Under the pieces are notes generated by a model that worked only from the letters and a program-made list of their open reading frames with translations, was not told the origin of the DNA and searched no databases. A stretch of 64,000 bases of DNA from Patescibacteria group bacterium. Lineage in GTDB: Bacteria; Patescibacteriota; Patescibacteriia; 2-12-FULL-60-25. Each line of letters opens with the position of its first letter. Position 1 is the first letter of the stretch. The stretch is from positions 135,719 through 199,718 of the forward strand of contig JBDSJN010000003.1 of assembly GCA_039917355.1 (NCBI GenBank), read 5' to 3'. The translations under genes and the position numbers were made by a program. Positions 1 through 10,516 of the stretch are shown one piece after another.

Positions 1-170
1 ACGATCGTTTCGAGGACGAGAACACTGAATGTCGCAAGGATCGCAAAGATGATTGACCACCATTGGCCAACACCCAAGACTCCACTCGCAATGAGCACGA
101 TCGGGAACGTAATGATCGTGAGGACCGCCCAGATTTCTGGATGGCCAGCATTCTTACCTCCTCCATTCAT
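1..170 (-). CDS. membrane protein, partial (continues past window start)
   Basis: Minus-strand frame from ATG (complement of 168-170) encodes a hydrophobic two-helix segment, MNGGGKNAGHPEIWAVLTIITFPIVLIASGVLGVGQWWSIIFAILATF..., and runs off the window edge. It lies co-directionally 33 bp after the Ldt gene. Confidence 0.35.
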   Translation of the reverse strand, partial: MNGGGKNAGHPEIWAVLTIITFPIVLIASGVLGVGQWWSIIFAILATFSVLVLETI

Positions 171-203
171 ATCATGGAGAGTATAGCACACCTCGCCGTG
201 TCT

Positions 204-1631
204 TTAGTAATGCAGTTCAACCGCTGTTCCTGTCGTCGCCCAGTTATAAATCCGTTCTGCATCCTGGAGAGACGTGTTAACGCAACCGTGGCTCATCACA
301 TGACCGAAATTATTGTGCCAATATGCCGTATGGATGTAGATGTGCGGCAAGATGTTGAGATTGTATTTGACGTTTTTGATGTCGTAGTTGTCCGGATTCC
401 CTGGGCCATAGCTCCATCGATAATCCATGATAGGGATTTTTTTCAATACCTCCGTCTTTGCGACAGGCGTCGGGTGCCTTCCGACGCCGGTTGAGACCAG
501 AAACGAATCTGCAACCCGCCCGTGTTCAAACGCAATCAAACGCTGCTGCTTTAAGTTGATATCAATTTTTTTATCGATGTCGAGCGGCCCGCGAACGACC
601 GGAGCAATAGGCATTGTCATGAGTAACCGCTTGCCTACGCCATATCCCGAAAAACTCACTCCCCCTCGATACAATGGATCTACAACAAGGTAAGCCCCAC
701 GGCGCATCCCATCTAGTCCAAAGACACGCACCTCTGCGGAGGTCTGGCCGTTTTGTGCGGCAACAATCTCATCCGTTCCATCGCCATCAAGGTCGGCAGC
801 GCCAAGTGTTGCTCCATTTTTTGAAGTTGGATCAAATGCATCAAATTCTTTTTCAAGATACGCGCTGAGGCCAAGTGAGTACCGACGGATGACCGGCGCG
901 CTCCAGCTTTCCGGTGCAACCACGAGTTGTGGCCCCATCGGTGTCCGAACGGATGCGATCGTCACGCCATCACGCATTGAGGCATCAAATGCAAAAAAGT
1001 CACGTCCAAGATTCGTCAGATCCCCATTCCAAATCCGCACGTGCGGTCCACCTGTGGGGCCTGGGGATGTTGCGATCTCGCTTCTTCCGTCATTCGCGAG
1101 GTCGATAGCTGCGACGTGTGCCCCTCCCTGGAATGAACGTGGATACGCCAATGTCTCTGTGATGAGTTTTCCGTCCATGCTGAATGTTTTGAGCGTGGCC
1201 TCGCGTCCCGGTCCTGGAACCGTCACGGCCTCCCCTCTCCCATCCCCATCGGTATCCGCAACAGCGATACGGACGCCGCCACGGAACGTCTTTTCATATG
1301 CAAGAAAGGCGCCAAGCTTTTTGCCTGAGCCATCAAATACATTTACGTATGGCTCAACGCCCGGGCCTGCGCCCACCAAGATCTCCGGTTGCCCATCGCC
1401 ATCAAGGTCGCCGCTTGCAAGCGTACCGCCACCTTTTGCAGATGCGGGGAGTGCGCTGAATGTTGTTTTTGCACTAAATCCTCCACTCCAGAGGCTGACA
1501 ACCCCCGGTCGGGTCTCTTCCGGTTTGAACGGAGGGTCGGACGGGGCAGCGAATACAGGCGTCGTGAGTGACAACGCTGTGATGACGCTTGAGGTACAGA
1601 GAAGCGTCTTCCGAAGCCGGTGCATGTGCAT
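204..1631 (-). CDS. secreted FG-GAP repeat protein fused to L,D-transpeptidase (YkuD) domain
   Basis: N-terminal signal peptide. Repeated DxDGDG...GxGPG FG-GAP-like motifs. C-terminal YkuD catalytic motif HGxxx...SHGCVN. Confidence 0.75.
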   Translation of the reverse strand: MHMHRLRKTLLCTSSVITALSLTTPVFAAPSDPPFKPEETRPGVVSLWSGGFSAKTTFSALPASAKGGGTLASGDLDGDGQPEILVGAGPGVEPYVNVFDGSGKKLGAFLAYEKTFRGGVRIAVADTDGDGRGEAVTVPGPGREATLKTFSMDGKLITETLAYPRSFQGGAHVAAIDLANDGRSEIATSPGPTGGPHVRIWNGDLTNLGRDFFAFDASMRDGVTIASVRTPMGPQLVVAPESWSAPVIRRYSLGLSAYLEKEFDAFDPTSKNGATLGAADLDGDGTDEIVAAQNGQTSAEVRVFGLDGMRRGAYLVVDPLYRGGVSFSGYGVGKRLLMTMPIAPVVRGPLDIDKKIDINLKQQRLIAFEHGRVADSFLVSTGVGRHPTPVAKTEVLKKIPIMDYRWSYGPGNPDNYDIKNVKYNLNILPHIYIHTAYWHNNFGHVMSHGCVNTSLQDAERIYNWATTGTAVELHY

Positions 1632-1649
1632 AGAGTAGCACTACATGTG

Positions 1650-1943
1650 TCAGAGGGCTACTTTTGCCCCTTCCTGCTTAAGACGTTTCCGTTTTTGTTC
1701 TGGTCCCCACGCATAGCCTCCGGCGCTCCCGTCCGAACGGACGACGCGATGGCATGGAACGTCTTTGTGTCGATTTTTATTCAAAATATTCCCAACCGCG
1801 CGGCTTGCATTCGGACGCCCTGCCGCCGTCGCGACCTGTTTGTATGTCAGTGTCTTCCCTTTCGGGATTTTTCGCACAACGTCGTATACACGAAGTGCAA
1901 ACGGCGTCGTGAGACCAAGCGGTTCTCCGGGTTCTCGTTTCAT
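1650..1943 (-). CDS. MGMT-family methylated-DNA-protein-cysteine methyltransferase domain protein
   Basis: Motif PKGKTLTYKQVA...PCHRVV, typical of the Ogt/Ada C-terminal domain. The internal Met start was chosen so the gene abuts the gnd stop; the longer ORF-track start overlaps gnd. Confidence 0.6.
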   Translation of the reverse strand: MKREPGEPLGLTTPFALRVYDVVRKIPKGKTLTYKQVATAAGRPNASRAVGNILNKNRHKDVPCHRVVRSDGSAGGYAWGPEQKRKRLKQEGAKVAL

Positions 1944-1944
1944 A

Positions 1945-2850
1945 TTATTTTGCGTGTCCTCCAAATTGATTACGGAGTGTCGAGAGTACCTTTCCAGTAT
2001 AGCTCGGATTCTGTTCAGATTGTTTGCGGAATTCCAGCGATCCTTCGATGATCGGCACTGGAATCCCCATCTCTGTTGCGGTCTGCACGGTCCACGCGCC
2101 CTCGCCGGTATGCGCGACGGTTGATGAAACAGTATTGAGTTCCGTTGTGTATTCCGCAAAGCCGCTCTTCATCCAGCCGATGAGACGCGATTCGATGACG
2201 CTTCCATGGTTATAGATGTCCGTCACACGGATGAGGTCGAGGTTGTAGTCTGACCGTTTCATCACTTCAAATCCTTCGGCAATGGCTTGCATCATGCCAT
2301 ATTCAATCCCATTATGGACCATCTTCACAAAATGGCCTGCACCATGCCCATCAAAAAACTGGTAGCCGCCTGGAAGCGCAAAGTCGCGGAAGAGTTGTTC
2401 GATCTGTTCAAACGCCGAACGGTCACCACCAATCATCAAACACGCTCCCGTCCGGGCACCACCCGGCCCACCAGACGTCCCACAATCAAGATACTTGATT
2501 CCCATCGCCCCAAGCTTCTCTGCTCGAGGTTTCGCATCTTTGAAGAACGAGTTTCCTCCATCGATCACGATGTCGCCAGATGACAACTTTGCTGCAATCC
2601 CATTTTCCCCAAACAACGCATCATCAACGGGTGCGCCCGCCGGAAGCATGAGCCAGATGATCCGTGGGCCCGAAAATTTGGAAACGACTTCGTCGAATGT
2701 CGTTGCCGGTTCGATTCCGTCCTTTGCCAGCTCTGTCGCAACAGCCGTTGTCCGGTTCCATCCAACCGTACGCCAACCCTGTTCAGCCATGCGCTTCGCC
2801 ATATTCCCTCCCATCTTTCCCAACCCAAGGATTGCAAGTTCTTTTGTCAT
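1945..2850 (-). CDS. gnd: 6-phosphogluconate dehydrogenase (decarboxylating), short NAD-type form
   Basis: N-terminal Rossmann motif LGLGKMGGNMA. Length of 301 aa is typical of YqeC/Gnd-like 6PGDH. Adjacent to zwf. Confidence 0.8.
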   Translation of the reverse strand: MTKELAILGLGKMGGNMAKRMAEQGWRTVGWNRTTAVATELAKDGIEPATTFDEVVSKFSGPRIIWLMLPAGAPVDDALFGENGIAAKLSSGDIVIDGGNSFFKDAKPRAEKLGAMGIKYLDCGTSGGPGGARTGACLMIGGDRSAFEQIEQLFRDFALPGGYQFFDGHGAGHFVKMVHNGIEYGMMQAIAEGFEVMKRSDYNLDLIRVTDIYNHGSVIESRLIGWMKSGFAEYTTELNTVSSTVAHTGEGAWTVQTATEMGIPVPIIEGSLEFRKQSEQNPSYTGKVLSTLRNQFGGHAK

Positions 2851-2889
2851 ATCGAGATTAGGATTGGGTTTTAGGTGTTAGGTGAGAGG

Positions 2890-4311
2890 CTATACCCTGC
2901 GGCCGACCGACGCCCCACTAAAAGCATCCGGCGCAGTATCCGCAGTATACCGTTCAAGCGGAACCGCGCCTTCCTTCCAGGCATTCACGATCGGGTCAAT
3001 AAACCGCCACATTGCCTTTACTTCATCCTTGTCGACGAAGAGTGTCTGGTCACCAATGATCCCATCGAGGAGAAGCTTTTCGTATTCTTCAATGTATTGC
3101 GATCGTTCGCCAATATCACGGAGCATAAAGTCGAATGAGCGGCGTTCAACATCAAAGTCGAGCCCTGGTTTCTTGCTCCAAAAATCGATCATGATCCCCT
3201 CCTTTGGTTCGATCGCAAACGTAATGATATTTTGCTGGTGTTCGTCTGCGTCCGCGTGGCACAAGCAATTCTCTGGTGGCTTAAACGTCACAACGATTTC
3301 TTTCCGTGCGCGTCCCATTCGCTTGCCACTTTCCAACATAATCTCAACGTTCTTCCAGCGTGGTGTATCAATCGCAGCGTTCACACGGAAGTATGTTTCC
3401 GTTTGCGAATCCTTCGCGACACCTTCGATCGATGAATAGCCGTCATACTGCGCACGTCTCGTGTTCTCAACAATTTCTTTTGGTGACCAGACGCGCAGAG
3501 CACGAAGGACTTCGGCACGTTTGTGACGAATTTCATCCGCAACAAAATCTTCAGGGTGATCCATCGTCACGAACGCGAGCATTTGCAAAAGATGGTTTTG
3601 CCCGACATCGCGCAGCGTCCCCAGTCCATCGTAGAACGCGCCTCGGCTCTCAACGCCAAGCGTCTCCCACAAGCGGATATCGATCCGTTCGATTGAATGG
3701 TTATTCCAGATCCCTTCAAAAAGGCTATTCGAGAAGCGGAACGCCATGATGTTTTGCACCATCTCTTTGGCGAGATAGTGGTCGATACGGTAGATCTGCG
3801 TTTCAGCAAACGTCTTCTCGAGGACGCTTTCGATCTCATCCGCAGACGGCGCGCTTGTCCCAATCGGTTTTTCGATGATGATGCGTCTCGTTCCGTCTTT
3901 CCCGTCTGTCGTGAGCCCTGCACCATGGAGGCCGTTGGCAATCGTCTTTGTCAGTTCTGGTGGGACGGCAAGATAGTAGACGTAGCCTGTTGGACCATCC
4001 GACATCGCCGCAAGTGTATTGCTGAGTGCCGCGTAATCCGCTTCGACGTCAAATTGCCCCTGGTGGTAGGAGATCGCTTCAAGGAAGGAGTTGAGTGTTA
4101 CTGCGTCCACCGCGAGGTCCGTTCGTTTGAGGAGGATTTCGCGGACGTAATCACGGAACGTCGTGTCAGTAAGGTCACGACGGCCATACGCAACAATCGA
4201 AAATTGCTCGGGGAGGTTCTGTTCCTTCCAGAGGTTCAGGAGTGCAGGGAGGATTTTTTTGGCAACCAGGTCACCCGTCGCGCCAAAGAGGACCAGGATG
4301 GTGGGATTCAT
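2890..4311 (-). CDS. zwf: glucose-6-phosphate 1-dehydrogenase
   Basis: [16 protein letters not shown]-binding motif and the RIDHYLAKE active-site motif. Internal Met start MNPTIL chosen. Confidence 0.85.
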   Translation of the reverse strand: MNPTILVLFGATGDLVAKKILPALLNLWKEQNLPEQFSIVAYGRRDLTDTTFRDYVREILLKRTDLAVDAVTLNSFLEAISYHQGQFDVEADYAALSNTLAAMSDGPTGYVYYLAVPPELTKTIANGLHGAGLTTDGKDGTRRIIIEKPIGTSAPSADEIESVLEKTFAETQIYRIDHYLAKEMVQNIMAFRFSNSLFEGIWNNHSIERIDIRLWETLGVESRGAFYDGLGTLRDVGQNHLLQMLAFVTMDHPEDFVADEIRHKRAEVLRALRVWSPKEIVENTRRAQYDGYSSIEGVAKDSQTETYFRVNAAIDTPRWKNVEIMLESGKRMGRARKEIVVTFKPPENCLCHADADEHQQNIITFAIEPKEGIMIDFWSKKPGLDFDVERRSFDFMLRDIGERSQYIEEYEKLLLDGIIGDQTLFVDKDEVKAMWRFIDPIVNAWKEGAVPLERYTADTAPDAFSGASVGRRV

Positions 4312-4724
4312 TCTTTTTTCGCCAACCCTAAGCACACGGAATTGATACAGTACCGCTTTCCTTCTGGGCCAGGACCATCGTTAAAGACGTGTCCAAGATG
4401 GGAGCCGCATTTGGCGCATGTCACTTCCGTCCGTTTCATTCCGCCAGAGATGTCGTCGTGGTACGCGACGGCGCCTGGAAGGGCATCGCTGAAACTTGGC
4501 CAGCCTGTCCCAGAGTCAAACTTCGTATCGGACGAAAAAAGTTGGTTGCCGCATGCCGCGCAGTTGAACATCCCTTTTGCATCCGTGTGCACAAATTCAC
4601 CAGTAAACGGTGCCTCTGTCCCCTTCTCACGCAAGACGGCGTACTGTTCTGGTGTCAGTTCCTTACGCCAGTCCGCTTCGCTTTTTTGCACGTTATTTGA
4701 CGTGGTCGATGGGTTCGATGCCAT
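4308..4724 (-). CDS. msrB: peptide-methionine (R)-S-oxide reductase
   Basis: Two CxxC pairs ([21 protein letters not shown]) and the GWPSF motif. The stop overlaps the zwf start. Confidence 0.85.
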   Translation of the reverse strand: MASNPSTTSNNVQKSEADWRKELTPEQYAVLREKGTEAPFTGEFVHTDAKGMFNCAACGNQLFSSDTKFDSGTGWPSFSDALPGAVAYHDDISGGMKRTEVTCAKCGSHLGHVFNDGPGPEGKRYCINSVCLGLAKKE

Positions 4725-5418
4725 AGCGGTCTTCTGTTAGTTTGCAGTTATTCGTGAAGTAAAGCTCGATATCAGATTCCGACAGGTCGAATTCGTAGCC
4801 ATAGTTATCGTAGGTGATATCTGCCACGGCTGAGGCGGGTGCACCTTTTTGGATAGCGACCTTCCACATGTCAGCAAAACTGCACGCTGGGACTGGAATC
4901 GCGGCTTCTCCTGGATCTGACTGAGGATACCCTTCATCTAAATCCATTCCGCGGCTGTTAAAATCTGTATCCATACTGTGCGAGGACTCATAGCTGACTT
5001 CCCCATAGCGGCCCACTTTTCCGAGGTTGACCTCCACGGTGCGCATCCATTTTCCGGTCGGTGACCCACCTGCGCCGACTGGTCCCGCATCTTTCGGCGT
5101 GGGGATCGACTTGAGGAAGGTATAGGTGAGGTGGGGAGGAGAATCGTAGCTTGCTCCAAAATCCATCGTTCCATCCGATGAGACGTTGTCAGCTTCGAGC
5201 GACTTGAAACGAAGCCCTTCACCAGCAAATTTTTCAACCTCCCCGTACGACCCGATCGGATCAAATGCGCGAACGTTTCCTGGAACAGGGACGCTGTACT
5301 TCATGTGAACCACGAAGTAGGCGTAGAGATAAAAAGCGCCAATTCCTAGCGGGATGAGGATCGGCAGGAAGAAGAGCCAACCGATGCCCATCTTTTTTTC
5401 GGGAGCGTATTCAATCAT
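4693..5418 (-). CDS. hypothetical membrane-anchored protein
   Basis: N-terminal TM helices followed by a Gly/Asp/Ser-rich soluble domain. No recognisable family. Confidence 0.5.
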   Translation of the reverse strand: MIEYAPEKKMGIGWLFFLPILIPLGIGAFYLYAYFVVHMKYSVPVPGNVRAFDPIGSYGEVEKFAGEGLRFKSLEADNVSSDGTMDFGASYDSPPHLTYTFLKSIPTPKDAGPVGAGGSPTGKWMRTVEVNLGKVGRYGEVSYESSHSMDTDFNSRGMDLDEGYPQSDPGEAAIPVPACSFADMWKVAIQKGAPASAVADITYDNYGYEFDLSESDIELYFTNNCKLTEDRYGIEPIDHVK

Positions 5419-5430
5419 AGGATTCTAGAC

Positions 5431-6270
5431 TTAGGCGTGTTGCGCGCCATGGTTCTCCGGAGAACCGGCTAGCGCTACCCGATGAGGGTTATTTTTATCG
5501 ACATGCACAAAGACCATGTGCCCCGCTTGGTACTTCCCCATACCAGCAACCATGACTGGGGCCATGATTTCTGCCGTGTATGGGCCGGTCGGTCCCTGGA
5601 CCTCAACGCGCATCGTGACGAGCGTCCCGCCATCCGGTATCTCCACGTTCATATCCGTGAAGGAAAGGACTTTTGCGTCATATTGGATGCCTCCTTCAAG
5701 AAGGTCCTTTTGGTCCTGCTTGAGCTGGATGAGTTTCTTTGTCAGGTCATCCACCTGGCTTTGTGTCATGCTCGCTGTCGCGTCGGTGCGAGCTCCTGCA
5801 TTGCTGTTGTAATACCCTGTTGCTGGGACGCCCTGGAGGATGACGAGAGACTGTGGCTTCGTCGGGTCGAACTTCACCCGAATCGATGAACCGGGTTGGT
5901 AGTTTTGAATTTCAAACATCGAAAGGAATGCATTCGTCGTCGTGACAAATGCCTCACGATCCGTTGGATGTACTTCGAGGCGGATCGTCATCCCTGGCTT
6001 TGGGATCTGGCCACCCATCTGAATGCTCGAACCGTTCTCGGCGATTGAAAGGATTTTTGCGTCTGCTTCAATCCCGATCTCCCGGAGTCGTTCATCTTTG
6101 ACCATTGGGCCAAACAGGAGTTTCCAGAAGGTAAAGATAAAAAACGCCCCAAAGGGAATCCCAAAAATCGGAGCGACGATGACGGCGAGTAAAATCCCAC
6201 CGAGCCCAGCAGCAAGCGGGATCCACATGAACCAACCAATGTTGTTGATGATACGGATAAAATATTTCAT
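5431..6270 (-). CDS. hypothetical membrane protein with internally duplicated about 70-aa domain
   Basis: Two N-terminal TM helices. Two similar segments (…AKILS…RLEVHP… and …AKVLSF…RVEVQGP…). Confidence 0.5.
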   Translation of the reverse strand: MKYFIRIINNIGWFMWIPLAAGLGGILLAVIVAPIFGIPFGAFFIFTFWKLLFGPMVKDERLREIGIEADAKILSIAENGSSIQMGGQIPKPGMTIRLEVHPTDREAFVTTTNAFLSMFEIQNYQPGSSIRVKFDPTKPQSLVILQGVPATGYYNSNAGARTDATASMTQSQVDDLTKKLIQLKQDQKDLLEGGIQYDAKVLSFTDMNVEIPDGGTLVTMRVEVQGPTGPYTAEIMAPVMVAGMGKYQAGHMVFVHVDKNNPHRVALAGSPENHGAQHA

Positions 6271-6292
6271 ACAGCGGGTACTGTCTCAAGAA

Positions 6293-6784
6293 TTAGCTAT
6301 TTTTGCAATCAATCACTGGAAAATCGAGTTTTATGGAAGCTCCAAACGGGAGGGCATTCCATTCGCCCTGCAGCCGTCGCATTCGTTCTTTGATGTTCGT
6401 GAGTGAGGTTTCCGTCAGCCAGAATGGGAGCTGCTCTCCTGTTGCATCCAGCATATTCTGCATGAGCAAAAGGAAGGCTCCTCTATCACTCTCTTGTTTG
6501 AGGAATCCGGTCAGCCCTCCCACAATCCGTTCGGTCATGCCGATTTCACCTTCCGCTTCTCCATTTAATTCTGCAAGCAAGGAATACGATGAACTTCTTG
6601 CAAGGTTCCCGTAAAACGAATGTTGTAATCCCACTTCAGTCTCAACCGCAAAATGGAGGAGGTCGTGAAAGAGGAACGATTTCGTTTCCAGTTCAAGGGC
6701 CTCCCCTGTCCCATCTGGTCGACGATAGCTGAACCGATGTTGCGTTGGTGAAATGCGCGCAAGCTCTACGACAAGCTCAGCCAT
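6293..6784 (-). CDS. hypothetical protein
   Basis: ORF of 163 aa, co-directional and tightly packed with its neighbours. No recognisable motif. Confidence 0.45.
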   Translation of the reverse strand: MAELVVELARISPTQHRFSYRRPDGTGEALELETKSFLFHDLLHFAVETEVGLQHSFYGNLARSSSYSLLAELNGEAEGEIGMTERIVGGLTGFLKQESDRGAFLLLMQNMLDATGEQLPFWLTETSLTNIKERMRRLQGEWNALPFGASIKLDFPVIDCKNS

Positions 6785-6787
6785 ATG

Positions 6788-7555
6788 TTACGAACGAAGT
6801 CCCGTCCCCTTTTTGAGCAAATGGAGGTTGATTCCTGCCAAGACAACGCAGACCGCGACGAGGAAGCCGATCCCAAGCAGCGGATTCGTGTCATGGAACC
6901 CGTAGAAGCCGTAGCGGAACCCATCGACCATGTAGACGATTGGGTTAAAACGAGAAAGTGTCTGAAAGAACGGTGGGAGCATCTGGATTGAGTAGAAGAC
7001 ACCTCCGAGATACGTGAGTGGTGTAAGGACGAACGTCGCAAAGATGCCCGCGCCATCAAAGTTCTTTGCCCAAAGCGCATTCAAGAATCCACCGAGTGCA
7101 AAGACGGTCGCCGTCAGGATGGCAAAGAGGAGGACGATGAATGGGTGCAGGACCGTTGGATGGACAAAGAAGACGGAGACGAGGAACACGAGCGTACCGG
7201 TCAGGAGTGCGCGGAAGATACCGCCAAGGACATACCCAAGCAGGATGATGGAATATGGCGTCGGGGAGACGAGGAGCTCCTCGACGTTTCGTTGGAACTT
7301 TGTACTGAAGAACGAGAATACGACGTTTGTATACGCGCCGGTAATGACAGACATCATCGTGATGCCCGGCACGATATATGCCATGTACGAGATTCCATGG
7401 ACATTCGCGATTTGTGAACCAATGAATCCACCGAATACAATAAAATAGAGGCTCTGCGTGATGAGCGGTGGGATGAAGGTCTGTGGCCAGATCCGGAAGA
7501 GACGGATGATTTCACGGCGCAAGAGCGCGGTGAGTGAAATGAGAGAGGTGTTCAT
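6788..7555 (-). CDS. ABC-2 type transporter permease
   Basis: Six TM segments and ABC-2 permease-like composition. Its start overlaps the ATPase stop (ATGA). Confidence 0.75.
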   Translation of the reverse strand: MNTSLISLTALLRREIIRLFRIWPQTFIPPLITQSLYFIVFGGFIGSQIANVHGISYMAYIVPGITMMSVITGAYTNVVFSFFSTKFQRNVEELLVSPTPYSIILLGYVLGGIFRALLTGTLVFLVSVFFVHPTVLHPFIVLLFAILTATVFALGGFLNALWAKNFDGAGIFATFVLTPLTYLGGVFYSIQMLPPFFQTLSRFNPIVYMVDGFRYGFYGFHDTNPLLGIGFLVAVCVVLAGINLHLLKKGTGLRS

Positions 7556-8463
7556 GCGGTGATTTCCAAATAGGCTTGTTCAATCCGGTTTGACGTTGGA
7601 CGAATATCGAGGATGTTCACGCCTGCGTCAGAAAGCGTCTGTGCAATTTGCGTGATGCTGTCGCCATCAACTTCCACATCAATTTGGTCATTTGAGCGTG
7701 GCGTGAGCGTGAGTCCTTTGATGTTGATCGTTGCAGGATCCTTGTCGATCGTCAGTCGGAATGTTCGGAGTCCAGAAGATTCCAAAAGTGATGCGACAGA
7801 AGAGTCGCGCACCTTCTCCCCTTTTTTGAGAATAACGACGTTTTTACAAAGCTGCTCAACTTCTTCGAGATAGTGCGTCGTGAGAAGGATCGTCGTCCCC
7901 TCTGCGTTCAACTTTTTGAGATACTCCCACATCCCATGACGAAGTTCGACGTCGACACCCGCCGTCGGTTCGTCGAGCAGTAAGATTTTTGGTTTATGCA
8001 TCAATGCACGCGCGATCATCAAACGACGCTTCATGCCACCAGAAAGGGTGCGGGAGGCCTGTTTCCGTTTTTCCCACAGTCCGAGTGCTGTCAGCAATTC
8101 TTCCGCACGAGCCATCGCGACTTTGCGAGGAACGCCATAAAAACCGGCCTGATCCAGGACGATGTTCAGCACGGTTTCCCAAATGCTGAAGTTAAACTCT
8201 TGCGGAACGACGCCAATACACGACTTCACCTGATCAAGCTGCGTATCAAGGTCGTAGCCAGAAACCGTTACCTTCCCCGACGTCTTTGTGACAAGCCCAG
8301 TCAAAATTCCAATGATTGTGGTCTTCCCTGCCCCGTTCGCCCCAAGAAGCGCAAAAAAGTCACCTTCTTTCACGGCCATGTCCACCTCTTTTAGGGCGAC
8401 GGTTCCGGTTGCGTAGGTTTTTGAGAGTCCTTTGATTTCGATAGCTGGCATAGATTCCGGCAA
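7552..8463 (-). CDS. ABC transporter ATP-binding protein
   Basis: Walker A GANGAGKTT, signature LSGGMKRRL, Walker B LLLDEP. Confidence 0.85.
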   Translation of the reverse strand: MPESMPAIEIKGLSKTYATGTVALKEVDMAVKEGDFFALLGANGAGKTTIIGILTGLVTKTSGKVTVSGYDLDTQLDQVKSCIGVVPQEFNFSIWETVLNIVLDQAGFYGVPRKVAMARAEELLTALGLWEKRKQASRTLSGGMKRRLMIARALMHKPKILLLDEPTAGVDVELRHGMWEYLKKLNAEGTTILLTTHYLEEVEQLCKNVVILKKGEKVRDSSVASLLESSGLRTFRLTIDKDPATINIKGLTLTPRSNDQIDVEVDGDSITQIAQTLSDAGVNILDIRPTSNRIEQAYLEITA

Positions 8464-8471
8464 TTGTACGG

Positions 8472-9929
8472 CTACAGTGAGCCTAAATCAAGGGTCTGGT
8501 CGATGGTGATTTGGCTTACAAAATCCGGTGCGTGGCTCACGAGAATGAGCGCGCCTTTGTAATCTTCAATCGCTTTTGCGATCACGGGGAGATGGCGGAA
8601 GTTGATGTGGTTCGTTGGCTCATCAAGAATGAGGAGACTTGGCTTTTGGAGGACGAAGCGCGCAAAACAGAGCAAGCCTTTCTGTCCTTCAGAAAGCGAA
8701 CCGACGTTATTCTTTAAGAGATCAGACGTCAGCAAAAACTCGGACGCACAAGCGCGCAGGGTCTCGTTGCTCTTGAGCTCCATTACGGACTCAAGTGACT
8801 CGTAGCATGTCTGATTAAAATCGAGACCGGAAAAATCTTGGCGATAGTATCCAACCTTCGCTTCTGGATTAAGTTTAACGCCTTCATCTGTCGCTTCCGC
8901 AATCGTCTTGAGGAGTGTTGTCTTTCCGATCCCATTCGGACCAGTGATGATCAGCTTCTGTTTTCTCCAAAGCGCAATATCAACTTCCTTCCGTACCGGT
9001 TCGTGTTTCTTGAGAACGGTGACGGAAGTCAATTTCAAGATCGCTTCGTTCATGTCCTGTGCTGGGATCTCAAAATCGCGGATCGTTTTGTCATCGCGGC
9101 GCACGTCGACCATTTCATCTTCTGCATCTGAAACCTGGTCGCGCAACTTGCTCGCGAGTTTACGCATCTTTCCACCTTTGTTCGCAAAAAAGTTGATCTT
9201 GTCTTTGCGGTCCTGAATATCTTTCAAAAGCCGCGCGTTTTGCATGCGTTCACGCTCAAGTCGCGCCGCAATTTCTTCGACCACATCATAATAGTTACCG
9301 ACATATTGTTCGACTTTTCCGGTGAAGACATCGAGATGCAACACGCCTTCCGTAAACGAGTTCAAGAAATCCGCATCGTGCGAGATCACGAGCACGGTCT
9401 TTGGGTACATGATGAGGAACGTTGTGAGGTGCTCGATCCCCTCTGTATCCAAATTGTTTGTCGGCTCATCGAGCAACAAGATATCCGGGTTTTGGATGAG
9501 GGCGTATGCAAGAAGCAAGCGTGCCTGTTGCCCACCAGAAAACTCTTTAATCTTCTTTTCGAGTGGCGTTTTGAGGTTTACGGTGTCGAGAACATCGGCG
9601 ATACGTTTGTCGAGGTCATAGATTGTTTCGATGAACGCATGCCCAAAATATTCCCGCACCGAATCTTCCATGCGATCACGCGGCATCACTTGGAGACCGA
9701 TCGCGATCGTCGCGCCTTTTGTGATATGGACCGAGCCTTCATTCGGCTTAAGTGCGCCCGTCAGCATCTTGAAGATGGTGCTCTTGCCAGCACCGTTTTG
9801 TCCCATCAGCGTGAATTTTGCATCCTCGCGAATAGAAAAACTCGCCTCATCCAAGATGGGGTTTTCTTCGTCGTATCCAAACGTCACATCACTAAACCGG
9901 ACGATAACGTTGCCGTGGTCAGCTGCCAT
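8472..9929 (-). CDS. ABC-F family ATPase (two tandem ABC domains, no TM domain)
   Basis: Two Walker A motifs (GQNGAGKST, GPNGIGKTT) and two signature/Walker B sets. A start at the internal Met is likely; the ORF-track start is 9968. Confidence 0.8.
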   Translation of the reverse strand: MAADHGNVIVRFSDVTFGYDEENPILDEASFSIREDAKFTLMGQNGAGKSTIFKMLTGALKPNEGSVHITKGATIAIGLQVMPRDRMEDSVREYFGHAFIETIYDLDKRIADVLDTVNLKTPLEKKIKEFSGGQQARLLLAYALIQNPDILLLDEPTNNLDTEGIEHLTTFLIMYPKTVLVISHDADFLNSFTEGVLHLDVFTGKVEQYVGNYYDVVEEIAARLERERMQNARLLKDIQDRKDKINFFANKGGKMRKLASKLRDQVSDAEDEMVDVRRDDKTIRDFEIPAQDMNEAILKLTSVTVLKKHEPVRKEVDIALWRKQKLIITGPNGIGKTTLLKTIAEATDEGVKLNPEAKVGYYRQDFSGLDFNQTCYESLESVMELKSNETLRACASEFLLTSDLLKNNVGSLSEGQKGLLCFARFVLQKPSLLILDEPTNHINFRHLPVIAKAIEDYKGALILVSHAPDFVSQITIDQTLDLGSL

Positions 9930-9995
9930 AAAGGCCGCCAGTAAACCATAGATTAGCCAATTTGGCAACCTCTACATCCACTCCCCTCGTGGGGG

Positions 9996-10496
9996 TTACT
10001 CCATCGAATGAGAGACGCCCACGTAATCAAGTAAATGCCAGAGCCTCTCTACCCCATCTGAACTTGGGTATATTTCATCCCAGGTTTTTAAAACAGTTTG
10101 TTTCCATGGGAGGTTTTGGAAATCGTCCGTGGTATAGGTCGTGATTTTTTTGCGATCGTCAAAGGGCTCAGGGGGTGCAGAAAAAGTTCGGATCGCGATA
10201 ACTTTCGCGTTTTTGTACCGAGGCAGTATTATTTCTGTAAGCATTTTTTTGTCTAAAAAATTAACGACGAAACTCATAAAGATGACATCGTAGGTCGTTG
10301 TCGGTTCATGGGAAACGATATCGCCTTGAATAAACGTGATTCCAGAAGGAATGCTCTCTGGTTGTTGAATATCCAGCGCTGTGACATGACAACCGAGTTC
10401 TTGGAGCGCGAGAGCATATTCAAAATCTCCAGAACCAACATCAAGCACTGTCATCCCTGGGGTAATGATGTTTTTTATCGTATCGACAAGTGACAT
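9996..10496 (-). CDS. class I SAM-dependent methyltransferase (small)
   Basis: VLDVGSGDFEY glycine-rich motif I and a D-loop region. Confidence 0.6.
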   Translation of the reverse strand: MSLVDTIKNIITPGMTVLDVGSGDFEYALALQELGCHVTALDIQQPESIPSGITFIQGDIVSHEPTTTYDVIFMSFVVNFLDKKMLTEIILPRYKNAKVIAIRTFSAPPEPFDDRKKITTYTTDDFQNLPWKQTVLKTWDEIYPSSDGVERLWHLLDYVGVSHSME

Positions 10497-10516
10497 AAAA
10501 ATTTGCGCACGGATGA

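Noticed and set aside
63-494. Plus-strand ORF of 143 aa at the window start
   Set aside because: It overlaps the well-supported minus-strand Ldt gene and the minus-strand partial membrane ORF. It has low-complexity RD-rich composition.
889-1638. Plus-strand 249-aa ORF antisense to the Ldt gene
   Set aside because: It is antisense to a gene with clear domain motifs. Its Pro/Ser-rich composition is typical of GC-rich shadow frames.
5450-5465. Perfect 16-bp palindrome ggttctccggagaacc
   Set aside because: It lies inside the 3' coding end of the 5431-6270 gene. It has no loop or T-run, so it is probably coincidental.
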